Assembly (NCBI GenBank): GCA_964187785.1
Contig: OZ076409.1
Coordinates: 33,792,001 to 33,856,000 of the forward strand
Length of the DNA: 64,000 bases
Direction: 5' to 3'
Origin: Amphiscolops sp. MND2022
Lineage: Eukaryota
Of this stretch, positions 39,022 to 52,552 are shown one piece after another. The first letter of the stretch is position 1, and each line of letters opens with the position of its first letter. Made by a program: the position numbers and the translations under genes. The notes beneath the pieces were generated by a model. The model searched no databases. It saw only the letters and a program-made list of their open reading frames with translations, and was not told where the DNA came from.

Positions 39022-39940
39022 TCCACAAAAAATTGGTGTTTGTTTGTCTCCAATCTTCATCATTCTTGGATCAGGAACAATTCGCTTAATATCAGTTTGG
39101 CACATTTTCAACATAACTTCGCAAAAACTGTAAAAAGTGTTGTGTAATTTCAACGCAAAAAAAAACGAAAACGTGACGTGGAAATTTTTTTTGGAGTAAT
39201 TCCAACTACCTGTCTTCGCGGCAGTTTTCATCAGTGTATATTAAGAAGGGCCCACAAGGCACGGTCGCAGTTGAGATTGTTGCTGGTTGGCAATCTAATG
39301 AACAATGGTTTATAAATTTTCGAACAGGCAATTGGTTGGATCAGAAGATAAACCTGTAGGAATAATACTGTTCTCGGTCAATTCAGATAACAATGCTGAT
39401 AAGTTGTGAAGATTCCATGTAAAACCAAAAATCAGATATCAATTCATAACTTATCAAATAATTATGTTTCGTGATGAATTAGGAGAGCAAGACCCCCGAG
39501 AACGCCGAATACTTTCCATGCTAAGAGTGCATACTTGAGAGCCACTTCATTGAATAGCTGACAGATCATGTTTAAAGTCTACTCATGTAGAGAGTGAGTT
39601 TTCTCGAGGGTACGGATTTGTAGCTCTGATCGACGCAAAACCTTTGCTACACTAGCTAAAAGCTTACCATATGTTTAGTTTCGGTACATAGCATATCATC
39701 TCTGCCATTCAAAATCATCACCTAGGTTATGGTTAGATTGAAAGGTTACCCAAAGAGTTTGTTAGACATGACAAAACCATTAGAAGTGACAAAATCGCAA
39801 ATCCCATAGCAATAAATCAATCCAATTGAAGGCGTACTTTGGGCAATTTTAGGTTAGGTCAACACCGTTAAAATTTCCCCAAAGTACGCTTTCTGTTGGT
39901 TTAAACCAACATTTTCCATAATTTCCATAATCGCTCATAA

Positions 39941-40275
39941 CCCGCGTCGGCGCACCATGTACTTCCATGCATGGACCATGCATGATCCATGTATATTCCA
40001 TGCATGGACCATGTACATGGCCATGTTCTTTTTTCGCATGGAATCGCATGGACCATGCATGATGCATGCATGGCCCATGCATGGAATAGACGAAATTTAA
40101 GAAATCAAACTTTCACCCGGCTGAAAGTACTGAAGACATATATGACCATTGAAATACCGCGTTAAGAGGGTGGTACGCTTACCTCTCATGGAATTGCATG
40201 GATCACACGGAATTGGATGAATTTGGCATGAAATCGCGTGGACCAAGCATGATCAATGCATGAAATTTCACACCA
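39941..40275. repeat. CATG-rich subrepeat element (probable MITE fragment)
   Basis: Repeated ccatgcatggac-type units. Confidence 0.5.
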
Positions 40276-40581
40276 ATAATATCATTTAAAATTTGGAAGC
40301 AACTCCTGGGATTTATTCATTATTATAGTTATTCATTATTATGAACTTTTAAAAGCGCCGTCGCAAGAAACTGCAGGCGAATAGTTTAGAGAAGAATTAA
40401 ATCTGCAGGACATGAAGTGTTTTACGTTGCAAGCGTCTTCAAACTTTTTCATGGCTGAGTCAAAAAGCTCTAGTATTTTGTAAAATATGAAACTAAATCA
40501 AAAGTATGTTCAAAACATGCGTGAGCACAAATGATTTTCTTCAAAACAACAAGGGGAAAACACTGATTTCAAATGTTTCAG

Positions 40582-40838
40582 TGAACTCACTGGCGAAGAA
40601 GCCTTGTGGATTCTGAATGCAGCTGATTCAGTCAAAGATGGATGCAGCTTCCTTTCGTGGGGTTCAGAGATGCTGGGAAGGAAAATGCAAGTGCCTCCGA
40701 CTTACTTGAGTCGTATCCAATCAGGCGAGGGAAAAGACCGCTGCCACAACTACTACTGTGTTCGCCACGAATGCAAGAAACACGATTCAATATCGAGAAA
40801 TTATTTCGAATTGTGTAGCAAAGGAAAAGATTATAACG
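40582..40838 (+). CDS. P4HA: P4H alpha-like exon 3
   Basis: Acceptor gtttcag (phase 2); ELTGEEALWIL (cf. LTAEDCF) and YFELCSKG (cf. YExLCRG); donor g|gtatc (phase 1, less certain). Confidence 0.75.
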
Positions 40839-41560
40839 GTATCAACAATTGTTTACAATTTCGACTATTAGTCACTTTTTTGAACAAGAAACGTTCGACT
40901 ACAATAGTCACTTTTTCGATTTTCTTCATAAAGTTGCGTTAACGTAATGCCGCTAAAATCAGTTCACTTGTTCCTGATCGGGAGCAGATGCTTGGGAGTT
41001 TGAACCACACCAAGTTGCTAACTTTTTTCGAAGCCCTCCAAAACTGACGCAATTGTTTTGAGTTAGACGCATCTTGAAGAAGGCAGAACAGAAAACCTCT
41101 GAATGCTCATTTTTTTGTCAAACGAATAGCCTAAGACTCAATAAGAACCCGAAAAGGCCTAAGAGTCTCGGGTATTTTTTGCCTGCGTGCCGTTTTTCTT
41201 ATCAAAATGTTCCAATTTCTCCAAGAATTCTTATTACGTTTTGATGTCTTTAGTTTAGGAAAATGTGTTTGGTACCCATGGCTTTTTTGATAAGGCTTTT
41301 AAAGAATCGACAACATAATTTTTACTATAGAGTACAAAAGAGCCCAAAATATCCCACCTCAAAGTGACTGCAAATGTTATTAGAAAATCTGACCGCTCAT
41401 TGTTATTCTTTCTGCTTTCTTGTATTCTGCATCATTTTTGATTTGAAGCATTTATGATTAGTCTGCTAGATGAACAAAATCAATCAAGGAACATCCAAAG
41501 TTGGTGCCACATTGAAACCAGAAAAACCAGAAGATTTAAAAATGTTCAACGTTTTTGTAA

Positions 41561-41900
41561 ACAAGCCGGGAACGGCCAAAGCCGGCGCTATATCTAAGGC
41601 TCAAAATTGTAAAAGGGGGGACTTTTTGGGCTTTGTGAAACTCCAGTTCGTTGCAAAATATGGAAAAAAATAAAAGGGACCCTTGGGAGATTTTAAAAAA
41701 CTTCCGAAAAAAAATTTTAAAATGAGATTTTTGAACAGTGTCACAGTGCCAAAAAATGTAAAAGGGGGGACCTTTTGGGATTTTTTGACATCCATTGTGC
41801 TGTAAAATATCGAAACAAACGAAGGGGAGACCCTTTGGTGGAATCCAAAAACTTCAAAAAAATAAATTGGAAAATCCTCAGTGCTGAAAAACATTCGGAA
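41561..41900 (-). mobile_element. Family C element, 3' part
   Basis: acaagccgggaacggccaaagccggcgctatatctaaggctc and aaagggggaccc motifs. Confidence 0.65.
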
Positions 41901-42091
41901 GGTACTAATAATCGACGAGGCAGTTCGACCAGATTTCCACCTTTTAATCTCGACGAGTTGTTTCCAACGAGTTGTTTTCGGCGAGTTGTTTCAACCAGTT
42001 GTTTCCGCATACCAAGTTAGGCAAACATGCACGTTAGCAGTCAAAGGGTTGACTCTTTGGCCAGTTTTGATGCACTTTACATATTTAGTTA

Positions 42092-43072
42092 CCCGGGTCG
42101 ACCCTCCATGGATGTCTTAGTAATATCTTGGCAAGATCTTGGAAAAATCTTAGCTAAGATCGTGACAAGATATTGCTAAGAATTGCAAGATGCCATGGTA
42201 AGTTCTTATCAAGAGAGCCATGTTTCCAAGAAAACTTTTATTGTAAAATCCTATTTGGAAAGAAAAAATCTGAAAGGAAGTCAACAAAAACCAACATTTC
42301 TGCAGATTTTGATTGTTAGACTTTAAAAATTCTGTAAGCAATGTATAAAATTTGATTGAAGAAATATTTATTTAGGAAGACGCTGGTTAAAATGTTCTTT
42401 CAATTGCAAAACTGTCGCCAACAACGGCATCAGAAAAGCCTCGAGCTGAATCATTATCCAAATTAGTGCAATGACCGCTGTTTCTAGCAGTAGTAAGGCT
42501 CTAAGAAAGCTGAAAATAAGAATTTTACAAAAATTTCCGGATTTTTTGGTCTTTCCTTTGTAACTTTCCGATAATGAGTCTGGACGTTTGAGAGCATATT
42601 TCTCCGTCTCAGAAATCGACTGGAGTGATAAATTACAAGTTTTGGAAAGCCCTTGAAATGACCTTTCATTTGGTACATTCGCATTTCTCAGTCTTAAACA
42701 GGTGAGCATTTATTAGGATTCTCGTCAAAATTTCGGAAGCCAGACTACGTTATCGTAATTTTTCACTCATTTTTGCAAGCAAAATTTTTTCAGCATGTTC
42801 AAGCATTTTGATTATGAAAACGAGTAGAAATAGTCGTTGTTGTGTGAAATGAGCCTTTCGATTGAGTCTCGGCTGCTTGTACCGAAGGTATAGTGTTTTT
42901 TATGACCTTAAAATTATGTCCATCGTGATAGGATACGATCGTGGAATAAGTATTATCTTAGTAAGATCTTAATAAGAATCTTGCCATGGGATCCATGGTT
43001 GCCAAGATTTAGTAAGAATTTGGCAAGATCTTGCAAAGACAGCCAAGATGCTAGTAAGTGGGTCAACCCGGG
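42092..43072. mobile_element. CCC..GGG MITE with 2-bp TSD (CMC/EnSpm-like)
   Basis: TIR cccgggt(c/t)gaccc, TA on both flanks, caagatctt subterminal repeats. Same family as 60012-60940. Confidence 0.85.
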
Positions 43073-43112
43073 TAATACTTAATAATTTAACAAGAAGCAC
43101 AGTAGCACTGTG

Positions 43113-43315
43113 GGTGTCAGGACACTTGCTACTAAGCAATTTGCTACTAGGGGATAAATGCTACTAGGTAATTTGCTACTAATTGTAACTTTTAGTGCAA
43201 CACTTTCATAATAACGTAGTCAAATGTCCCCTAGTAGCAATTGTACTGTAGTAGCAATTAGCCTAGTAGCAAATTGCCTATTAGCAAATGTCCTAGTAGC
43301 AAGTGTACTGTAATC
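43113..43315. mobile_element. Mutator-like foldback MITE (gctactag arrays)
   Basis: Inverted ~15-bp arrays and TSD (a/g)GCACTGTG. Confidence 0.8.
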
Positions 43316-44079
43316 GGCACTGTGATATTTTTCGAACACTATTACAAATGTCTAAGGGTAACTTTTTACGGTGAAAAGAGACTGTTTTAAACTGGAAATA
43401 ACTGGAAAGAGGAACGCAATTTTGTGATTTTTTTCGAAAATTTTTGGTGCCGAAAAAAAAGGCAGTGCCGAACTTACCAAAAGGCGTGACCACTGAGGCT
43501 CAGAGAACGCGTTTTACAAACTGAAACATCAGAACAACTGAACCACGCTTTGAATGAGAACAAAATACTTGGTAACAGGAAACACGGAACACGTACAATC
43601 TTTCAAGATGTCAAACTTCAAAGTATTTGATCACTCAAGACAGTTCAATCATTTGCTTCTCAGTCAGTCAATTTTTCAAAAGGGCAACTTCTGCTCCAAT
43701 TGAGTCAATTTTATCAATAACAGCCGCTTGGCAGATACTTTCGACTCCGAAGATGTTTGGACACCATGAGAAGCTCAGCAACGTCTACTTCAGAATATTA
43801 CTGCGTGAATCCAAAAAAAAAGAGAGCACAAGAATTTTCAAACTCTAAAAGAATCGAATCTTCGTCAACAAACGTTTAAAAATATTTTCATTACTGCAAT
43901 TAAGCTTGCCAATCAATTAAATTGAACTTTTCTTCGACGCGAAAAATTAGAAATTTTGTTCTTCCCAATTCTATGTTAACCTTGTAGTTGACCCACAAAA
44001 GTGTTTCACGTTCACTACACCGCAAAACAACGCGTCGATGCTCTTTTACGATTGGCTTGTTTTCCAATACAAAAACTTC

Positions 44080-44437
44080 GTCGAAGCAAAAATTATCAGA
44101 ATTTCTACGTGAGAAAGGTAAGTAAAAATCAAGGGGTAATGAATTCATGCTTATAGTTCGGTAATCCAATCACATGACGAAAAACTCTGATAATCTTTTT
44201 TATCATTTCTGAGTCTTTTCGAACGTTTCCAATAACTTTTAACTGGTAACTTTTATTGGTCGAAGCAAAAATTATCAGAATTTCTAAGTGAGAAAGGTAA
44301 GTAAAAATCAAGGGGTAATGAATTCATGCTTATAGTTCGGTAATCCAATCAAATTACTAAAAACTCTGATAAACTTTTTTATCATTTCTGAGTCTTTTCG
44401 AACGTTTCCAATAACTTTTAACTGGTAACTTTTATTG
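44080..44437. repeat. Direct tandem duplication, 2 x 179 bp
   Basis: tcgaagcaaaaattatcag starts at 44081 and 44260; the copies are near-identical. Confidence 0.9.
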
Positions 44438-46579
44438 CCAAGGCTGCAACCCCACCACATTTATGATTTGTGTGGTTTTTTGACAATAATTTGGGGGTTG
44501 CAACATCAAGTGATGCAACAAAGGTACTCAAATCATTTGAAGAATTTTTGCGAAACAAAAAGGCAAATCTTGGTATTCATGTTTTACGTTGTATCTGACG
44601 AATAACATCTTTTCATCAGTTCCTCCCAGCAAACTACTTCTCAGCTCCGTATGGAATTATCTTGTGTGTAGAAATTTTATCTTTTGACATCTACAAAAGC
44701 CCATTGCTTTTGCGCGAAGCACGTACGATCGACCGAATTAGGTTAATTACGCTTTTAAACCGTCGGAATAGTGAAAATAGCAGAAAAGGCTGACAATAGC
44801 GTGTTTCAATGAGGCTTATTTGGCAAACTAGGTGTTTACATAGAAAAAACTTCATAGGCAAATTTACCAAGTTAGTGAGTGATGTCAGCACACAAATGAA
44901 ATTGTTCGAATCGGCTAAGTCGGAGTAGATTTCTTAGAGCGAATTTTGTCCCACTTTTGAGCGAAAAACTTCTAAGTTACCATACAGGGAATCCTCACCT
45001 TGCTCAATCGAAAAACCCCCGAGTCAGGTTTTTCTCAAAGACTGTAAATCGTAAAGACCTGAAAATTGGTACACGTATACCTGAGCTGTTATGCTACGCG
45101 CCTATAAAAACGGAACTAAGCCGAGACCCCCAGCCCGGGACTATTAGCACCGGAAGTGACCCAGGTCGACCCAATGAACTCGTCGGCGAAGCACGAAACA
45201 AGTTAGATAAAGTATAGAATTGATAACCCGTAGAATATTAAGCCGTTTGCGAATGTTTTCGGAACACTATGAAGCTCGTAGGAGGAGCACGGACCCTAAG
45301 TAAACAAACCCCAAACGTTATGTAAATAGCCAACAGATGACTCGAGGATCATGAAACTTACCCAAAATGTTCACCTACCAACCCTGGATAAAATACACGA
45401 AAGATAAATTTACCGATCCACCACGCGCGGAGTAATGTTTGTTTAAGGCACGCGGGACCGTACGCACGGGTCCGACCAATAAAAGACATTTGACCTTGGC
45501 TTGTAACATCTGAAACGAACCGGAATGATCAATGTAGTCACTTACTAACATGAATGGAAACATATTTGTAACCCATCCAGGGGTAACCGCCTTAAGTAAA
45601 CAAGCGATGCACATATCATGTAACTCGGGAACCATTGTCCCTAGGACGATATAATTTGGCATGTACCAACTTTGGATGAGGACAAATAACTTCAAGATCA
45701 TGGACGGAACTCAAGGTCTTTTTAGATGCAATCCCCGAACATATAGAGAAACTTACGATAAAACTTATGAATCAGCATCTTTGCGAGTTAATTTATGCAT
45801 TTCAGTTAGGCGAGAGGCTCCGCGGTGAATGGCGTTCATAAGGACGGAAAAGTACCCCTTACCCGTAGAGAGCATGTAAACCATGTAGTTGAAGGTCACT
45901 GAACGATTGGCTCGATATTGGAAAGATCTCGGGTGACTGGAATTATTATTGAAATCTGAACTTTGTAAAACCATTGTTGAACTATTTGTAGTTGGCGGCG
46001 AAGTTTGTCTGGCCGAAATATAACTAGGGCGTTGCCATGCCATAAAAGGAATACAGATACATGAAGTCGAAAACATGCAAATAAAATAGCAATGTCGGTA
46101 CAACAAAAATGTTGGCGATGAACAAATACAATTGGGGCGGATTTGGAAAAGATCTGATTAAACAGAACCGAGTTAGAAATCTGGGATCAAGTTGAGTCTC
46201 GCGGAGACAAGATTCTTGTTCGGATTAAGACTCGCGCTTCTCGACAACCGAGTTAGAGAACTAGGAGAAAGTTGAGTCCCGCGGAGACAAGAGACACTTC
46301 TAGAAGATTACGTTGTCGTTATGTAGAAATCGTACAAAGCCTGGACTTGTGATAAACCTGTAGTTGGCTGAATCAGAGATTGTTCTTTCGATTGATGCAT
46401 ATTAGTTAGTTTGACCGACTTGAGTTACCCAGTGTTATTTTTGCGATAAACAAGTATTTTTATTATTCCATTACTCGAAGGTTTTGGAAGACGCGAGCCG
46501 ATAGAGCAAATCTGGAGAGAGAAACTAACAGTAACTTCATGAGAATTTACTAACTCACTAGAACAACCTTTTTGTCTGT

Positions 46580-47100
46580 TAAGCTTCCAATTGGAGGAAA
46601 AATTCTCTCCAAGCCCCGAATTGGATTTTCTTACATTGTGCTTGCTGCTAAATCTCTTTCTTCTGGTATTTTTCGAACAAAATTGTCCCGGAATATTTCA
46701 AGAGCTGGCTTAATTTCAGTCCCATTGGGACCCAATGCTAAATCGCGATATCGACTTTCAAAATCATCGCAAATGTTTGCTGAGATTTGCTTAGGCCATT
46801 AAACAGCAGAGTTGGTTGCATTTTCGCTGAAGTCGATATTCCGATAAAAATTTGCCAGTAAAATGCTGACATTTTTGTGAAGCCAAGAAACATACCAATA
46901 AATAATATCCGATACTTGCTCATAACCCAAATCGAAGTTTCTTGCGGCTGGTTTCTCAATCGCGTTGAGAAAGTCCTGCCAGTTGTACGAATCAGATTGA
47001 ATCCGATTGAGAATATCAAGGAAAGGTTGAAGCACGGCTGACGCATGTTGCAAAATCTGTATGTCAACCTCGACCATATCACTATGTCCGCTAATGCCAC
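46580..47100 (-). pseudogene. Possible hAT transposase C-terminal remnant
   Basis: VLQPFLDILNRIQSD and a later ..GLERIF motif resemble hAT catalytic and dimerisation regions; in-frame stops. Confidence 0.4.
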
Positions 47101-48010
47101 TCAGCTTCCTAAGTTAGTCATTCATTGTTTTTTGATTCATTTCAGAAGGTTTAGAAATAGTTCAGACAATGTTGTGTATTCAGTAGTTCTCACTCTGAAT
47201 GTAATGCATGTAATGCTGAATGCAGAGTTTATAGAATGATTTCTCAATCAAAACATATCAGAGGCTTCAGTTAAATCAGGGGGGTCAATTGAACATAAAA
47301 TGGTTCAAAAATTTTGAGCGAAAGTATAGCAAAAGTGAGAAAAACCCCAATTTTGACCTAAAGTTGGCTAAAAATGGCCTATCGTAACTTCTACAATTTT
47401 CATCGCATAATCTTCAAACAAATATTTGTAAACTAGACAAAAATCTAAAAAACTTTCACTTTCATCATTTTACTGCTGTTTTAAAAATTTCAAAAATTAC
47501 TGCTGTTTTAGAGATATTTGATTTTGGGATTTGCTTTTGTTGCTTTTAATAATAATACTACTACTGTAATTACGCTTAAACTGTGAAATAATACGTTTAT
47601 TACAAGTTTAAATAAAATAAAAGACGGTATTACTTTCTAAAATACATCATTTTAAAATTTTTATCCAATCAGCCCGGTCCCTTAGTCTGGTAGTTGCGAA
47701 ATTCGACGCGCGATTGACACGTGCCGTTTGCAGTGCGGTTAATAGATCAGTTGTAGCGTAAATAATCTCAGTTTTCATGTTGTTTTGTGGACATTGGCTA
47801 TCATTTTGAAATTATTTAGCGGCAAAGGATCAATAACCAGATTTTTTTGCTGGTAACCTTCAGGAAAACATCAGGTTTTTTTACCGTTGGTAATGAAAAA
47901 TGTACATGATTGGTCGGACTGACAGTCATCATAATTTTTTCAAAAAAAACTTCTCAGTACAATACGAGATGTTATACTTTGTTTGCCGAAAATTTTCAAT
48001 CAAAAGTGTG

Positions 48011-51000
48011 TGTTGTAACTTCTAACTACGAGGTATTTAGTTTATCACAAGACTGTATATTCTATCGAATCTTTTCCTACTGAGTAAAGTTCGTATCATA
48101 GAATAAAAAAATAGTAGCAGGTACTTGAGACCAATTAGGTATAAAATCTGAAGTCTCATCACAGTTTGACCTCTAATTATCATTCTTCATTCATCCCTCT
48201 GCAGTTGGGTCAGAGTTGGTCAATGGGAGGTTGCTAGTTTCTTTGGAGGCGGTGGTCCGCCTGAGCTTTGTTTCGCGGGGGTATTCCGTGCTGGGTCCAT
48301 TGTTGTCCGGTCTTTGTAGTTTTCTTCCGGACAAGGTCGTTCGTGTGGCTCTATCAGTTGCTCGAGTGTTTAGTCTTTCGATTGTAATTTCCAGTAATCA
48401 GATGGTACTGGACTATCATAATTTAACAGTGGATTATTTTGCACTGCTAATATTAGTGTGTGATTTCTACAATCATTCTGGCGGCACTGCCATTTTCTTT
48501 GAAGTGCACAACTTTTGTCAATTCTTGAAAACACATTTTGGTAGGTGAGAAAACCAACTTTTGTCAATTTTTGAAAAAATCAAAACTTCCCCGATTGGCG
48601 TCGTAATGATTTAACCTAACGATTGGGTTTGTTTTTGTTAGTCGTTTTGATCTACGTAATTTATGTTCTTTTGTTTCTTGCTCTATTTCAGTGCTTGAAC
48701 TAAGAATACTAAGTAGTTCCAAATCTGAGGTTTCATTAATTTTCCCTATTTCTTTCTCTTCATCCCTTCTCGTGGGGTTTTCAAATTTATTTTGAAACAC
48801 CTTACCGTGGCTGTCTCTGATATGTATTTCTGTAATTGCCTCTCTGGCGTCTTCAATAGCACGGGGTCTATGTCCTCCTCAGTCATGTTTGCCGCCACTT
48901 TAGTTAGCGGTCGGGTGTTGTTTTTTGTCTGGCTTGCTTGTAGCGGCCCCCTGGTGAGTTCTTTCCCTGGCGGTTGTGGTCCGGTTTTGGGCGTCCCCGT
49001 CCTATTGTACCGGTTTTCTTTGGGTTTTTTGCTGTTTGCCATAGTCCGGTGTGCTGCCAGTTGTTGTATCCATTTAGTACAGTGACACATCATCTGACTC
49101 GCTGCCTGTGTCGTGGATGGTATGGGTTTAATGTGATGTGATGAAGCGTCCATCTGGGCCACGTAAACCTGTTCCTCTGTTGTTTAGTTCCTCTAGAAGT
49201 TCAGGAATGGGTTTATTTATATGTTTTATATGTAAAACTCGGTTACCTGCCGTCGTAACGGTATGGTCAGTGCCCGATATCGCAGTTTCATTTTTATCGG
49301 AATATGCACTTTCGAACTTATGTTTTGTTACTTTTTTCCGTAAAAGTAAAAGGGATAGTTACTAACTCCTTTAGCTCATTCCTTCTGGATCATCGGTAGC
49401 TGGTCTAAGACACCGCCAGCTCCGTTGATCGAAGACACTTGCAGAGTGTCTGGTTTTGCTAGAATACACGTTTTTGTTAAATTTTCAATGTGTCGATATT
49501 TATTAAGTTACTAATTTCCGTGTTCGGTTCACGGCCGTAGTGTAGTTCAAATGCGGTTTTCTTTAGGCGTATATGGGGCGTTTTCCGCATTACGTCCAGT
49601 GCGATATCTAATGCTTTGCCGAATGTTTCGCCGGCTTTTATATTAGTTAGTAGTGTCTCTTTTAGTGTTCTGACGCCTCGTAGGTGTATGTATGTACGGA
49701 GTCCAGTATACTAGCTTTATTTGATGATTTTTTTTTCAGAATTTTCTAAACAATCGGCCTGTGAACGCGGTATCTTTGACCGTTCTAATTGTTTTTGGAA
49801 TGTCGTTCCGAATTATTTAATGTCCCAAAAATCTGACCGCTGTCAGGACGTCCGTTGTTTTACAGAGACTGGCCGCCGGCCATTTACTGTACCGGTCCAT
49901 TGAAAAGAAAATGTAAACTTTTTGGTTCTTTATTTTATTGGACCGATGAAATCCAATTGCATTTCTTCATTTGGTTCACTTAATGGGTGTAGCTGATTTT
50001 TTTCCGTACTCGGTATATTAGGTTCGATGTTCTTACCGGACAATTTGCAGGGGACGCAGCTCTCACATTTCTGATGTATGGCTTCAGTAATCCGTGGCCA
50101 CCAGAAGTGTCTCGCCGCCATCGACATCTTGTTTATGGCCGGGTGTCCCTTGTGCAAGAGGCTGATGACCGTTGTTCTCAGATTCTTTGGCACGATTGTC
50201 CGGTCTTCGTAAAAGACTAGTCCATATCTGGTGGATGATTTCTTTCTGTATAGCGAATATTCGTCCGATATGTTCTCATGTTGTTGTCGTTCTAGGCAGA
50301 CGAGTGATTTGAGAAGGCTTGGATCATCTGTTGTTTCCGTCATTAGGAGTTGTAAATCTGTAGAGAAGGGTTTTTCTGTTTCTCTTACAGCATTTCCCAG
50401 GCCCCATTAGCTTGGCTTTTCTGCGTCTATTTTCGGCGCATGGCCAATTTTTATGTAATGGACGCTTTTGCCGCCCACATATTTCGCCAAAATGACCGCT
50501 GGGACTTCCACTATTGACGGGTCTTGATCCGTTTCCGAATCGATCTCCTTCCTCCTTTGGGGCAGGTGTCTGTCTTGACGACGGTCCAGGTTTCCTGTGG
50601 TTGAAAGCCCCGTGACTGAGCTTGCTGTCTGCTTTCTACATTTCTGATGGCTGTCCGTAATTGTTCCTCTTTTATTCGCCTCTCATTTCTGAGGAATCTG
50701 GGCTCGTGGTATTTTTCCACCGAACGGTGTCCGTATTATCGGGTATAGGCCCGGGTTTACTATATCTTGCCAGCGGGCTATAATGTTTCTAGTTCCCGCA
50801 GAAGAATCAGCTAGTCCTAGATTGTTCATGGTGTTTGCGTCCATGATGGTTTTGATTTTTGTCGTTTGTGGATTGACGTAACTTATTGTCGGTCGGTTTA
50901 GGCAAGCAATGGCGGTTTGTCCACGCTTGTTGGATTGTTTTGGTTTGTTATGTAATTTCTCGCTTTGTGATTGGTCTACGTGGTTGCTAAGGCAACCGTA

Positions 51001-52552
51001 TATGGTCAAGAAATTGTATTGCGGAATGATGCTGTTGATAACGTATTCATTTTCGTATGCGTCATCCTTGAGTGCTAAGTGTTTACCGGCTATATAGCTT
51101 ACGTTAATTGAAAAGTGAGCTAATCGGTCGAGCCATCGAGTTAATCTTGCGGTAAATGTTTTTTTTCGACCGGTTTCTTTTGATCAATGGTTCAAGCGCT
51201 TGGTGATCTGTAAGTGATTTTATCGGTTTTCCGTAAATATATAGGTAGAAATGCTCAAGTCTCCAGTGGCTCTCTTTTCGGGAAGTTTTGGCGCCACTGG
51301 TACCCCCACTAGCATTGTTACCATCGCTGCTGCTGTTTTTGTTGTGCCTTTTGAGAATGGACCAGTTTAGAAAATTGTCGTTGGCCGAACTATCCGTAGA
51401 TTCATTGTTGAATGCCCCTCCGCTTGAGTTCTGATCGCCACGCTGTGGCTGTACAGAAGTGACCGAAAAAAGTTGAGAATAGGGCAATTCATTTTAAAAT
51501 CCTTTTGTACTATGTCCCAAAAGAAAATTAGTTTTTGTCTCCCTTCCAAAAATAGAAATTATATATTTACCGTCCATTGCGTGGCTCCGAATCCTTTTGT
51601 GCTTGCGTCCGTCGTGATTATGTTTGGATAATCAGAGTTGTAGTGCGCCAGACAAGGTATTTCCGTGATTGTTTGTTTCAGATTTTCGAAAGCCTTTGTT
51701 TGTTCTTCGGTCCATTTCCATTCGGTATCTTTTTTGAGTAATTTTCTTAAAATAACCGTTTGTTCCGAAAGGTTTTCTATGTATTTTGACAAATACTGGA
51801 TTGCACCGAAAAATGATTTGAGTTCTTTTTCGTTTTCTGGTTTTTTCAGTTCTTTAATTGCAAGCATTTTATCTTGTAACGGTCTGATACCGTTTTCGTC
51901 AATTGTGTGACCGAGTCATTCTTTTTCGGTTTTGAAAAATTCGGATTTGGTTTTGCTCAGTCTATAACCGGCGTTTTCTAGTTTTGAGAGGACGTCGATC
52001 AACTTGTCCATGTGTTTCTGTTTTGAGACTTTTGTTACTACTATGATGTTGTCCAACCAGGCTGGATGTTCATTTTCCAGTGTTTGATCAATTTTTTCAT
52101 GAAAAGTTGTCGGTATGTCCGCTAGACCGTAAAAACCCTTTAAGAAACGGTAATAACCGGTGAAATTACCTCCGGTGACCGCGAAGATGCATAGGTCCCT
52201 TGCTTTTTTCGATAGTTGTAATTGATCGTACGCGTAATCTAAATCGAACATTGAGATCCAAATTTCGTCTGCTGGTCCGTACGCTTTTTTTCTGGATCTT
52301 CTTGATATTAAGTCCTTCATATTTGGCGTTTGAGCTTATCTCTGTACCGTTCTTTCATTCACTTTTCTTGAATCCAGCGCAATTTTAACTGATTAATCTT
52401 TTTTGATTGTGATCACTGCGGGGTTCACGAAACAGTTTTCGTCGATGTTTTTTGCTTTTTCGATGTGTCCCTGCATTTTGAGTTCTTCGATTTCTTTTTC
52501 TGCCGCTGATTGTAAGTGAATCCGGATAGGTCTACCCTTTTGTTGTATTAAT
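48011..52552 (-). mobile_element. 5'-truncated degenerate Gypsy element (RT-RH-IN plus 3' LTR) in P4H intron 3
   Basis: FDLDYAYDQL, WLDNII, TDASTKG, TDHQAL, HKGHP..C..C and LDFIGP; PPT gagggatgaatgaagaa then a TG..CA LTR at 48182-48011. Confidence 0.9.

Noticed and set aside
42575..42701. Exon-like stretch ending cag|gtgagc
   Set aside because: It lies inside the 42092-43072 MITE and has no P4H similarity.
46572..46802. Plus-strand ORF with KPRI resembling P4H
   Set aside because: The real equivalent is in exon 4 (HDPVIFKFH); this ORF is antisense to a probable transposase remnant.
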